Below, one piece after another: positions 46,298 through 57,014 of a stretch of 64,000 nt of DNA (positions are counted from its first letter, which is position 1; every line of letters begins with the position of its first letter). The notes under the pieces are model-generated. The model was not told the origin of the DNA. It saw nothing but the letters and a program-made list of their open reading frames with translations, and did not search any database. Made by a program: the position numbers and the translations under genes. Location: NCBI GenBank assembly GCA_903889895.1, contig CAISYZ010000257.1, forward strand, positions 6,196-70,195. The letters are read 5' to 3'. Source of the stretch: an uncultured Verrucomicrobia subdivision 3 bacterium. Lineage in GTDB: Bacteria; Verrucomicrobiota; Verrucomicrobiia; Limisphaerales; UBA11358.

Positions 46298-47716
46298 GTG
46301 GAAACGCGCTCTTTGAAATGGATTGCCGAAGCCTGCGGTGCCGAAATCATCGGCGGCGCGGCGGATGCCGAAGTGAAAGCCGTCTGCACCGATTCGCGGG
46401 CGGCGAAGGCGGGCGATTTGTTCTTTGCCATCAAGGGCGACAAGTTTGACGGCCATGATTTTGTCGCCGAAGTCGCGGTGAAAGGCGTCGCGGCGGTCGT
46501 TGTGGAAAAGAAGCAGGTAGGGCGCGTCACTCCGTGCGCGCCGACGGCGGGCAGAGGACTGCCCGCCCTACCTTGCGCGGTGCTGGCTGTTAAGGATGTT
46601 CGCGCGGCGCTGGGCAAATTGGCGGCGGCTTACCGGCGCGAATTTGATTTGCCGGTCATTGCGGTCGGCGGCTCGAATGGCAAGACGACGGTGAAGGAAT
46701 TGCTCGCGTCTGTGTTGCGGCAAAAATTTTCGACGCTGTGGAGCGAGGCGAGTTTCAACAACGACATCGGCGTGCCGATGACTTTGCTGCGGCTGGAAAA
46801 ATCGCATCAGGCGGCGGTGGTGGAAGCGGGAACGAATCATCCCGGCGAACTCGCGCCGCTGGTGAAAATGATCGCGCCGAAGTTCGGCATCATCACGAGC
46901 ATCGGGCGCGAGCATCTGGAATTTTTTGGCGACGTGGCCGGCGTGGCGCAGGAAGAAGGCTGGCTCGCGGAGTTGCTGCCGGCGGACGGAAAACTTTTTT
47001 TGAATGGCGACAGCGAGTGGGCGGATAAAATCGCGGCGCGGACGAAATCGCAGGTTGTGCGCGTCGGCCTTGGCGAAAAAAACGACTGGCGCGCGAAGAA
47101 AATCCGGTTGGACAAAAACGGCGTCACTTTTCAGGTCGCCGCGCCGGACGAAAAGTTTTCCGGCGAATATCGCGTGAGCCTGCTCGGAAAACATCAGGCG
47201 GTGAACGCGCTGTTCGCCGCCGCCGTCGGCGCGGAACTGGGTTTGACGCGCGACGAAATCCGCGACGGGCTGGTGGCGTGCCAGCCGGCGAAGATGCGGC
47301 TGAATTTTTGGGAGGCGAACGGCGTGCGCGTGCTGGACGACAGCTACAACGCCAATGCGGATTCGACCGTCGCGGCGCTGGAAACGCTGTGCGGCCTGCC
47401 GTTGCAGGGGCGGCGCGTGGCGGTGCTTGGCGACATGGCGGAACTCGGCGCGCACAGTGCGGCGGCGCACGCGGAGGTCGGGCGGCGCGCGGCGGAGCTG
47501 GCGGTCGGGCAGTTGTTCGCGGTCGGCAAGATGGCGGCGGTCACGGCGCAGGCGGCGCGCGACGCGGGGCTGATGCGCGTGTTTGAATTTGCGGAGGTCG
47601 AGGCGGCGCTGGGCGTGGTGCGGAGTTTTGTGAAGCCGGGCGATGTGGTGCTGTTGAAGGCGTCGCGCGCGGCGCGGCTGGAGCGGATCGCGGAAATGTT
47701 GAAGGCGGAGAAATAA
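46298..47716 (+). CDS. murF: UDP-MurNAc-tripeptide--D-Ala-D-Ala ligase
   Basis: GSNGKTT, NN.IG.P, DDSYNAN, LGDMAELG, LKASR. Confidence 0.95.
   Translation: METRSLKWIAEACGAEIIGGAADAEVKAVCTDSRAAKAGDLFFAIKGDKFDGHDFVAEVAVKGVAAVVVEKKQVGRVTPCAPTAGRGLPALPCAVLAVKDVRAALGKLAAAYRREFDLPVIAVGGSNGKTTVKELLASVLRQKFSTLWSEASFNNDIGVPMTLLRLEKSHQAAVVEAGTNHPGELAPLVKMIAPKFGIITSIGREHLEFFGDVAGVAQEEGWLAELLPADGKLFLNGDSEWADKIAARTKSQVVRVGLGEKNDWRAKKIRLDKNGVTFQVAAPDEKFSGEYRVSLLGKHQAVNALFAAAVGAELGLTRDEIRDGLVACQPAKMRLNFWEANGVRVLDDSYNANADSTVAALETLCGLPLQGRRVAVLGDMAELGAHSAAAHAEVGRRAAELAVGQLFAVGKMAAVTAQAARDAGLMRVFEFAEVEAALGVVRSFVKPGDVVLLKASRAARLERIAEMLKAEK
46516..46572. repeat. REP-like GTAG palindrome pair inserted in frame in murF
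   Basis: GGTAGGGCG...CGCCCTACC, 57 bp, two inner hairpins. Confidence 0.8.
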
Positions 47717-47755
47717 AATAATGAAATTCGTTTTCGGCAATAACAGAAAATAAAT

Positions 47756-48130
47756 ATGACGCGCGACGATTTCAAAAAATATGTTGAGGAAACGATTGAA
47801 AGCCTCATTCAGGAAGCTGAAAAACAGACTGGTCGTGTATTGCCGCGTCGGTTTTGTTTCGGTTTTATCAAGCCAAGCAGAGTTACTGTTGAGCAAAATC
47901 AGGTTGCTGAACATTTGACTGAACAGATTTTTGTTGATGAACAAAACATTTATCCGTGTTTTGATTTGATTCTTGGAGATATACTTGAGGATGGTCGACT
48001 TTTGTTTGTTGGATATCGAGCAGGATTTGCTCCTCGGCCTTGGCAGAAAAATTACACCGGACGAGAAGGACCATTTGTTCGGATGATTTCTGAAGGGTTT
48101 TTTGAGAAACTTGGCGTTAAGAAAAATTGA
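47756..48130 (+). CDS. AT-rich hypothetical protein inserted in dcw cluster
   Basis: 124-aa ORF with composition distinct from neighbours. Confidence 0.7.
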   Translation: MTRDDFKKYVEETIESLIQEAEKQTGRVLPRRFCFGFIKPSRVTVEQNQVAEHLTEQIFVDEQNIYPCFDLILGDILEDGRLLFVGYRAGFAPRPWQKNYTGREGPFVRMISEGFFEKLGVKKN

Positions 48131-48178
48131 GCGATTGGAATTTTTTTTCTGCGCGGTTTTTAATTTTGAAAAATTAAA

Positions 48179-49357
48179 ATGCTTTACCTTTTGAGCCAGC
48201 ACATTTTGGACTGGGCGCACGGCGGCGAATGGGAGTCGCGGCTGGCGTTTTTGCGCCTGTTCAAATACATCACGGTGCGCAGCGCCGGCGCGGCGATCAC
48301 TTCGCTCGTGCTGTGCTGGTGGCTCGGGCCGGGCGTCATCCGCTGGCTGAAGGCGCAGCGGTTCGGCCAGGAATACGCGGACAAGGCGCAGGAAGCCGGC
48401 GTGCAGCATGTCGTGGACAAAAAAGGCACGCCGACGATGGGCGGCATCCTCATCGTGCTGTCGCTCGTGCTTTCGACGATGCTCTGGGCGCAGTGGAACG
48501 CGCAGGTGGAACTCACGATGCTCTCGGTGCTGGTGCTGGCGGGGCTGGGTTTCTACGACGACTACGCGAAAATATTGAAACAGTCCGGCGGCGGCACGCC
48601 ACCGCGCGTGAAGCTGATCACGCAATTTGCGCTGGCGATTTTCGTGGGAATTTATCTCTGGAATCTGCCGGCGAAAAGCGAACTGCACCTGCTCGGCGTG
48701 AAAGCTGTCTGGCACAGCAATCTCGTCTCGACGCTGATGCTGCCGTTCTACAAATATCCGCTGCACATCGGCGCGGTGGCCGGCGTGATCATCGTGGCGC
48801 TGGCGATTGTCGGCAGCTCGAACGCGGTGAATCTGACCGACGGCCTCGACGGCCTCGCGACCGGTTGCACGCTGATTGTCGGGTTTGTGTTTTTATTTTT
48901 CACCTACCTCGCCGGCAACATCAAGGCGGCGGCGTATCTGCAAATTCCGTATGTCGCCGGCGCGGGCGAGTTGACGGTGTTTTGCGCGGCGCTGCTCGGC
49001 GCGGGGCTGGGATTTTTGTGGTTCAACTGCCATCCGGCGCAGGTGTTCATGGGCGACACCGGTTCGCTCGCGCTCGGCGGCGCGTTTGGCATCGTGGCGG
49101 TGCTAATCCATCAGCCGTTCGTGTTGGTTATCGCGGGCGGCGTATTTGTGGCGGAGGCGGTGTCGGTGATTTTGCAGAAGGGCTGGTTCAAGTTCACGCG
49201 CATCCGCACCGGCACGGGACAAAGAATTTTTTTGATGGCGCCGTTGCATCATCATTTTCAGAAAAAAGGCTGGCACGAATCGCAGGTGGTGATGCGGTTT
49301 TTCATCTTGTGCCTGCTGTGCGCGGTCGTCGCGCTGGCCACGCTGAAGCTCCGGTAA
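48179..49357 (+). CDS. mraY: Phospho-N-acetylmuramoyl-pentapeptide transferase
   Basis: TPTMGG, NAVNLTDGLDGL, FMGDTGS, APLHHHF. Confidence 0.96.
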   Translation: MLYLLSQHILDWAHGGEWESRLAFLRLFKYITVRSAGAAITSLVLCWWLGPGVIRWLKAQRFGQEYADKAQEAGVQHVVDKKGTPTMGGILIVLSLVLSTMLWAQWNAQVELTMLSVLVLAGLGFYDDYAKILKQSGGGTPPRVKLITQFALAIFVGIYLWNLPAKSELHLLGVKAVWHSNLVSTLMLPFYKYPLHIGAVAGVIIVALAIVGSSNAVNLTDGLDGLATGCTLIVGFVFLFFTYLAGNIKAAAYLQIPYVAGAGELTVFCAALLGAGLGFLWFNCHPAQVFMGDTGSLALGGAFGIVAVLIHQPFVLVIAGGVFVAEAVSVILQKGWFKFTRIRTGTGQRIFLMAPLHHHFQKKGWHESQVVMRFFILCLLCAVVALATLKLR

Positions 49358-49647
49358 AATGAAATTGTCCGACCGCCAAAAAATCGTTGCGAATCCGCGC
49401 TTTGCTGCTTGCGAAAGCGGCGCGCGGTTGTTACAAATTTGTGCCAGAGCGGCTGGGTGTCGGCCGGTCAGCAAGAGCGTTTCACCAAGTCATCTTTCTG
49501 CCGGTCGGAATTTCCATGGTGGAGTGTCGTCCGGCCTCCAAAAAATAAATTTAACGCGCTGCGAAATTTTTCGGGGAAAAGTTCCGCGCGCCAAATCAAA
49601 AACCAAAAACCTCCCCGAAAACAAAACGCGTCCGCGCCAAAAAAATT

Positions 49648-50442
49648 ATGAATAATCCGAATCCCTTCGTGCCGAAAGGCTCGCTCCTTGAACAGCAAAG
49701 CCAGCGCCGTTCGCGCCTCAAGCTCGCGGTGTTCTGCGTGCTCGCGGTGAGCGTCACCGGCCTCGTCGCCATGCTCATCCAAGGTTGCAAGCGCGAGAAG
49801 CCGTCGGATGAATCTTTGAACCCGCCGACGCTCGACACGAACGCGCCGGCGATGGACACGAATCTGCCGCCGATGTCGGTCTCCAATCCGCCGGTCACCG
49901 TGCCGCCGGTGGCGACGAATCCGCCGGTAATCATTCCGCCGGTCGCGCCAGTTGAACCGCTGGCACCTGCGGCAGCCACCGGTTCCGAATACGTTGTGGT
50001 GAAGGGCGATTCTCCCGCCAAGATCGCGAAGAAAAACGGCGTGTCGACCAAGGCGCTTCTCGCCGCGAATCCCGGTTTGGTGCCGACGAAATTGAAAGTA
50101 GGACAGAAGCTGACGATTCCTGCCGGCGGCAAAACCTCGGCTGACGCGGCGGCTCCGTCCGTTGCCGCTGGCGGCGATACCGGCGGTGCGACTTACACCG
50201 TGAAGTCCGGCGACACGCTGACCAAGATTGCGAAAAAGAACGGCACGACCGCGAAAGCGATTCAAGCCGCGAACGGTTTGAGCACGACCAAAATCAAGGT
50301 CGGTCAGAAATTGAAAATTCCGTCGAAGGCCGAAGCCGCCGCTCCGGCTGCGCCCGCTGCGCCCGTCGTGGACACCACGCCCGCGCCTGCGCTGCCGCCG
50401 GTTTCCGCTCCGGCGGCTCCGGCTCCCGCCCCGGCGCATTGA
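49648..50442 (+). CDS. Membrane-anchored protein with two LysM domains
   Basis: Y.V..GD...KIAKKNG......AAN......LKVGQKL.IP twice. Confidence 0.9.
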   Translation: MNNPNPFVPKGSLLEQQSQRRSRLKLAVFCVLAVSVTGLVAMLIQGCKREKPSDESLNPPTLDTNAPAMDTNLPPMSVSNPPVTVPPVATNPPVIIPPVAPVEPLAPAAATGSEYVVVKGDSPAKIAKKNGVSTKALLAANPGLVPTKLKVGQKLTIPAGGKTSADAAAPSVAAGGDTGGATYTVKSGDTLTKIAKKNGTTAKAIQAANGLSTTKIKVGQKLKIPSKAEAAAPAAPAAPVVDTTPAPALPPVSAPAAPAPAPAH

Positions 50443-50479
50443 GCGCCGGCGACGCGGCTGGATTTTTTGAAACCCGGAA

Positions 50480-51618
50480 ATGAAAGTCGCCGTCACTACT
50501 CTGGCATTTTGCGTCACCAGCCTCCTCGCGTTGGGGCTGGTGATGCTTTATAGCTCCAGTATGACGCAGGTAGGCGCGCACTACCTGATGATGCAACTGG
50601 TTTGGTGCATTTTTGGTTTCATCCTCTGTGTTTCGGCGGCGTCGCTCGATTACCAGCTCCTGAAAAAATACGCGTGGCCGATTTTTGGCCTTGCGTTTTT
50701 TTTGCTGCTGCTCGTGCTGGTGCCGCACATCGGCCGAAAAATCAACGGTGCGCGGCGCTGGTTTGATTTGCACGGCGTCCGGTTTCAGCCGTCCGAACTC
50801 GGCAAAATCGCCCTCATCATCGCGTTGGCGTGGTATGGCGACCGGTATCAACGCCGGATGCACACCTTCACTTGGGGCATCGCCGTGCCCATCGCCATCA
50901 TCGGCGCGATTCTCACCCTGATTTTCGTCGAACCGGATCGCGGCACGACGATTTTGCTCGCGGCCGTCAGCGGCGCAATTTTGCTGCTCGCCGGCGTGCA
51001 ATGGAAATTTATCGTTCCGCCGGTCATCCTCGCGATTGTTGGTCTGGTTGTTTCCATTCTGCACGACCCGATGCGCATGAAGCGCATCTTCAGTTGGCTT
51101 TACATGGAGCAGAACAAGGACGGCGTTGGCTATCAGGCGTATCAGGCGATGATTGCGCTCGGCTCCGGCGGTTGGAACGGTCTTGGCCTTGGCAACGGCC
51201 GGCAGAAACTCGGCTTCGTGCCCGAGCATCACACCGATTTTATTTTTTCCATCATCGGCGAGGAACTCGGTCTCGTCGCCACGCTCGCGGTGATTCTCGC
51301 GTTCGTCATCCTTGCGCTTTGCGGACTTTACATCGCGCTGCACGCCCGCGACACCTTTGGCACGCTGCTCGCCACCGGCATCACGCTGCTTATCAGTTTG
51401 CAGGCCGCCATCAACATCGGTGTCGTCACCAGCGCGTTGCCGAACAAGGGATTGCCGCTGCCGTTCATCAGCTACGGCGGCTCGAACCTGCTCGCCATGC
51501 TGACCTGCGTCGGCATTTTGCTGAGCGTCGCGCGGCAGGCAAATTCCTCGGTGCCGAAAGTTTCCGTGTCGGATTTCGTCTCGAAGTCCAACGACAATCC
51601 CTTTGCCGCCAAGGCGAC

Positions 51619-51622
<4 letters not shown>
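50480..51622 (+). CDS. ftsW: SEDS peptidoglycan polymerase
   Basis: GARRW, QPSE, PE.HTDFIF, PFISYGGS. Confidence 0.95.
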
Positions 51623-52721
<1,099 letters not shown>

Positions 52722-52725
<4 letters not shown>

Positions 52726-53651
52726 GCACGACCCTAGAAAAACCTGACGTTTTGGCGGACGAACTTGTGGCGCACGTTTCATCCGCGACCGTCATCCGGC
52801 GTGACGAGCCGATGGCTAAACACACGACTCTGCGCGTCGGTGGCCTGGCGGATTTTTACGTCGAGCCGGCGAACGAAAACGACTTGTCGGCAATCCTGAA
52901 ATTTTGCAGCGAGCGCGACTTGAAATTTTTCATTCTCGGCCGTGGCTCGAATCTGCTAGTGCGTGACGGCGGTTTCCGCGGCGTGGTGATTTGTTTGCAA
53001 ACGCCGGAATTTTCGCGCGTCGAGATTGACGGCACGCGCATCCGCGCGGGCGCGGGCGCGAAACAGAAGACCGTCGCCGTCGAGGCCAAGCGCGCGGGTT
53101 TGAGTGGCGTGGAATTTTTGGAAGGCATTCCCGGCAGCATCGGCGGCGCGCTCCGCATGAATGCGGGCGCGATGGGCGGTGAGACGTTCAACGCCGTCGA
53201 ATCCGTCCGCGTGATGGATTACGCCGGCAATATCCGCGAACTGACGCCGGCGGAAATGTCCGTCAGCTATCGCAGTTGCGCGACGCTGAAAGACCACATT
53301 GCCTTGAGCGCGGTTTTCCGCTGCGCGCCGGCACCGCGCGAGGAAATCGAGTCGCGGATGAAGGCGTTCAGCGAAAAGCGCTGGAGTTCGCAGCCCGCCG
53401 CGCCGAGCGCCGGCTGCATGTTCAAGAATCCGGCGGCGATTCCGGCGGGCAAACTGATTGACGAACTCGGCTTGAAGGGCACGAAAATCGGTGGCGCGCG
53501 AGTTTCGCTGGAGCACGGCAATTTTCTTGTGAACGACGGGAACGCTACGGCGAAGGACGTGCTGAATTTGATAGAGTTATTGCGGCAAAAGGCGCAGGCG
53601 GAGCGGGGGATTGAATTGTCGCCGGAAGTTGAGATTTTTGGCGAAGATTGA
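52722..53651 (+). CDS. murB: UDP-N-acetylenolpyruvoylglucosamine reductase
   Basis: HTT.RVGG, GRGSN, GIPG.IGG...MNAGA, SAGC.FKNP. Confidence 0.95.
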
Positions 53652-53685
53652 TTGACAACCAAAATGGTTTCTTTATGGTTCCAAT

Positions 53686-53880
53686 ATGATAACGCTCACG
53701 CTTAAAGGCATTCCCAAAGCGACGCACCGCGAGCTGAAAAAGCGCGCGGCGGTTAATCGGCGCAGTCTGAACAACGAGATCATTTTCACGTTGGAAACAT
53801 TGCTTGGCAGCGCGCGGCAGGAGGCCGTTCAGCTTCAGCAATTTCGCAAGTCGGTCAAAAAAATATCCCGTCGGAAATGA
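53686..53880 (+). CDS. Arc/FitA-like ribbon-helix-helix protein (orphan antitoxin-like)
   Basis: 'TLTLKGIP...H..LK.RA..NRRSLN.EII..LE'. Confidence 0.8.
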   Translation: MITLTLKGIPKATHRELKKRAAVNRRSLNNEIIFTLETLLGSARQEAVQLQQFRKSVKKISRRK

Positions 53881-54839
53881 GCCGAAAACTGAACATCACC
53901 GTGATGCTGGGCGGACCGAGCGCGGAACGCGAAGTCTCGCTGCGCTCCGGCGCGGCGGTGGCCAAGGGGCTGCGTTCGCTCGGCCATGAAGTGAGCGAGC
54001 TTGACCCGCGCACGCCGAACTGGAATTTGCCCGCTGGAACGGAGGTTGTTTTTCTCGCTTTGCACGGAACTTATGGCGAGGACGGCACAGTGCAGAAGCA
54101 GCTGGATGAACTCGGCGTGCCTTACACCGGTTGCGACGCCGAGGCGAGCCGCATCGCGTTCGACAAGGTGTTGACGAAGCAGAGCTGCATTCAAGCCGGC
54201 GTGCAGACGGCAAAGTTTGTGTCGGTGCATTCGGCGACGGAGCCGTTTCCGGCCAATTTTACCGTGCCGCTGGTGGTCAAGCCGTCGCGGCAGGGTTCGA
54301 GCGTCGGACTGGAATTTGTCGAGCGTGGCGAGGATTGGCCGGCGGCATTGGCCTCGGCGTTGAAATTTGATTCGGAAGTTCTAGTGGAAGAAAAAATCAT
54401 CGGCCGCGAGACGACGGTGGGGATTTTGGATGGCAAAGCGTTACCCCTCGTTGAGGTGCGTCCGAAAACCGGCAGTTACGATTACAAAAATAAATACACG
54501 GCCGGTAACACCGAGTATTTTTGTCCGGCGGATTTTGACGCAGTGACGACGAAGCGGATTCAGGCTGCCGCGCTTGGCGCGTTTAAGTCCGTGGGCGGGC
54601 GCGATTACGCCCGCGTGGACGTGATGGTGCGCGCGGATGGTTCCCCGGTGGTGCTGGAAGTGAATACCCTGCCGGGCATGACCGAGACAAGTTTGCTGCC
54701 GAAAGCCGCCGCTGCTGCCGGAATGAATTTTGCCGAACTCTGCCAGCGCATGGTGGACTTGGCGTTTGAAAGAAGACGGGGCGAAACCCAATTCCTGACC
54801 GCAGCGGCTGCGGTCAATACGATGTGCCATGTGGTTTAA
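53877..54839 (+). CDS. ddl: D-alanine--D-alanine ligase
   Basis: GG.S.ERE.SL.SG, HG.YGEDG, GSSVG, YDYKNKY, EVNTLPG. Confidence 0.95.
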   Translation: MSRKLNITVMLGGPSAEREVSLRSGAAVAKGLRSLGHEVSELDPRTPNWNLPAGTEVVFLALHGTYGEDGTVQKQLDELGVPYTGCDAEASRIAFDKVLTKQSCIQAGVQTAKFVSVHSATEPFPANFTVPLVVKPSRQGSSVGLEFVERGEDWPAALASALKFDSEVLVEEKIIGRETTVGILDGKALPLVEVRPKTGSYDYKNKYTAGNTEYFCPADFDAVTTKRIQAAALGAFKSVGGRDYARVDVMVRADGSPVVLEVNTLPGMTETSLLPKAAAAAGMNFAELCQRMVDLAFERRRGETQFLTAAAAVNTMCHVV

Positions 54840-55800
54840 ACGCGAACAAAACAAGAACCGCCGCCTCTACCGGCACAATGTGCTGGACGTGAAGCTGCGC
54901 TCCGACCAGGTGCGCGCGAATCGCACGCGGCTCGGCCTGTTTTTGTTCCTCGTCACTGCCGGTCCATTTTTCGGGCTGTATTTGCTGTGGCGCGTTGGCG
55001 AAGTGGCGCTGAATACTTTTGTTTACGAGAACAATGATTTCGCCATCCAGCAGATTGACATCAAGACCGACGGCGTCATCGCACCGGATCAACTGCGCCG
55101 CTGGACAGGCGTGAAGCCGGGCGCGAATCTCATCGCACTCGATCTCGCGGCGGTGAAGCGCAATCTGGAACTCGTCTCGGTGATTGATTCGGTTTCCGTC
55201 GAGCGCGTTTTGCCGCGCACGCTGAAAATCAGCGTAACGGAGCGCGACCCGATTGCGCAGGTCAACGTGCCGCGCGCTGACGGTGCCAGCGGCATCGCGG
55301 TTTCCGTTTTTCAACTCGATGCCGACGGCGTGGTGATGCAGCCGCTTGACCCGCGCCTGTGCATCGTGCCGCTGGCGCAGATGAAGGCGGAACTGCCGGT
55401 AATTTCCGGTTTGAACGCGTTCCAGTTGCAGCCGGGCCGGCGCGTGGAATTGCCGGCGGTGCAGTCGGCGCTCAAATTGATTGCCGCGTTTGCCAGTTCG
55501 CCGATGGCGGGCTTGGTGGACTTGCGCCGCGTGGACGTTTCCGCGCCCGGCGTGCTCGTGGCCACGACGGGGCAGGGCAGCCAGATTACTTTTGCGCCGG
55601 ACAATCCGCAGCAGCAGTTGCGGCGCTGGCGGCAGATTTACGATTTTGGCAAGCAGGCGAATAAAGGCGACATCGCGTCGCTGGATCTGGCGGTGGGCAA
55701 TAACGTGCCCGTCCGCTGGATGCTGGCGAGCGCTGCGCCGGTGAATAATTTGACGCCCAAGGCGGTGAAACCCCCAAAGAACCGGAGGAAAAATGTTTGA
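54829..55800 (+). CDS. ftsQ: Cell division protein FtsQ/DivIB
   Basis: TM plus POTRA 'V.R.LP.TLKI.V.ER.P.A'. Confidence 0.85.
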   Translation: MWFKREQNKNRRLYRHNVLDVKLRSDQVRANRTRLGLFLFLVTAGPFFGLYLLWRVGEVALNTFVYENNDFAIQQIDIKTDGVIAPDQLRRWTGVKPGANLIALDLAAVKRNLELVSVIDSVSVERVLPRTLKISVTERDPIAQVNVPRADGASGIAVSVFQLDADGVVMQPLDPRLCIVPLAQMKAELPVISGLNAFQLQPGRRVELPAVQSALKLIAAFASSPMAGLVDLRRVDVSAPGVLVATTGQGSQITFAPDNPQQQLRRWRQIYDFGKQANKGDIASLDLAVGNNVPVRWMLASAAPVNNLTPKAVKPPKNRRKNV

Positions 55801-57004
55801 CGATGGCAATATCATAGCCGGCCTCGAAATCGGCACGTCCAAAATCTGCGTCGTGGTCGGCGAGTTGACCGCCGACGGCGGGCTGAACATCATCGGCCTC
55901 GGCCAGTCGCCGTCGCAAGGCGTGCGCAAGGGCGAGATCACCGACCCGCAAAAGGTCGAGGAGAACCTCCGCACCGCGATGTTCGAGGCCGAACAGATGG
56001 CCGACGTGGAAATCCGCAGCGTCTATCTCGGCGTGAGCGGCGGTCATATCCGCGGCTTCAACAATCGCGGCGTGCATCCGGTCGTTTCCGCCGATCGCGA
56101 GATTTCCCCCGATGACGTGGACGACGTTTTGAAAAACGCCAAGGCCATCAATCTGCCCGCCGAAAACACCGTCATTCATGCGGTGCGGCAGCACTTTTTT
56201 ATTGATGGTCAGGACGGCGTGACGAATCCCATCGGCATGCTCGGCGCGCGTTTGGAAGTGGATATGCACGTCATCCATGGCCATGCCAACCGCCTGCAAA
56301 ACGCCATCCGCCTCGTCAAGGCCACGTCGCTCGAGGTGGAAGAAATTGTTTTCACCGGCCTCGCCTCGGCGCTCGCGTTGCTCACCAACGAACAGAAAGA
56401 ACTCGGCGCGCTCGTCATTGATATCGGCGGTGGCACCACGGAATACGTCGTGTTCGCGGACGGCGTCATCCGGCACAGCGGCGTCATTGCGGTTGGCGGC
56501 GACCACGTTTCCAACGACCTCGCCTACGGTTTGAAAGTTCCCTTGAGCCGCGCGGAAAAATTGAAGCTGGAACACGGCTCCGCGCTCGTCGCTGAATCGG
56601 CCAAGGGTCAGTCCATCAGCATCACCAACGATCTCGGCCTCGAACTCAAGCGCGTGAACGTCGAGCATCTCCAGCGCATCTCGTCGCTGCGCCTCGAAGA
56701 AATTTTCCGGCTCATCGCGCAGGATTTGGACGCCGCCGGTCTCACGGATTATCTGCGTGCCGGCGTGTTCCTGTGCGGCGGCAGCTCGCGCGTGCCCGGC
56801 CTGGTGCCGCTGGCCGAAAATGTTTTCCAGATGAACGTCGCCCCCGGCCACGCCACCGCCATCAGCGGCCTGACCACCGCGCTCGACCAGCCGGAATTCG
56901 CCGCTGCCATCGGCCTCGTGAAATATGGCTCGCTCAAAAACCGCAAACGCGCCGAGCGCCCTTTTCTGAAAGGGTTCCTTGGTCGTTTGCTCCAACGAAC
57001 CTGA
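55793..57004 (+). CDS. ftsA: Cell division protein FtsA
   Basis: EIGTSK, DIGGGTT, AE.LK...G. Confidence 0.95.
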   Translation: MFDDGNIIAGLEIGTSKICVVVGELTADGGLNIIGLGQSPSQGVRKGEITDPQKVEENLRTAMFEAEQMADVEIRSVYLGVSGGHIRGFNNRGVHPVVSADREISPDDVDDVLKNAKAINLPAENTVIHAVRQHFFIDGQDGVTNPIGMLGARLEVDMHVIHGHANRLQNAIRLVKATSLEVEEIVFTGLASALALLTNEQKELGALVIDIGGGTTEYVVFADGVIRHSGVIAVGGDHVSNDLAYGLKVPLSRAEKLKLEHGSALVAESAKGQSISITNDLGLELKRVNVEHLQRISSLRLEEIFRLIAQDLDAAGLTDYLRAGVFLCGGSSRVPGLVPLAENVFQMNVAPGHATAISGLTTALDQPEFAAAIGLVKYGSLKNRKRAERPFLKGFLGRLLQRT

Positions 57005-57014
57005 TTGACTGGTT

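Noticed and set aside
46568..48766. 732-aa minus-strand ORF (and 55586-57646, 686 aa)
   Set aside because: Antisense shadows of murF/mraY and ftsQ/ftsA/ftsZ.
49359..49655. 98-aa ORF at the usual murD position
   Set aside because: No Mur ligase motifs; looks like promoter-containing intergenic DNA, not a murD pseudogene.
50830..51618. Long N-terminal extension of the murG ORF
   Set aside because: Out-of-frame overlap with ftsW; the true start is ATG 51619.
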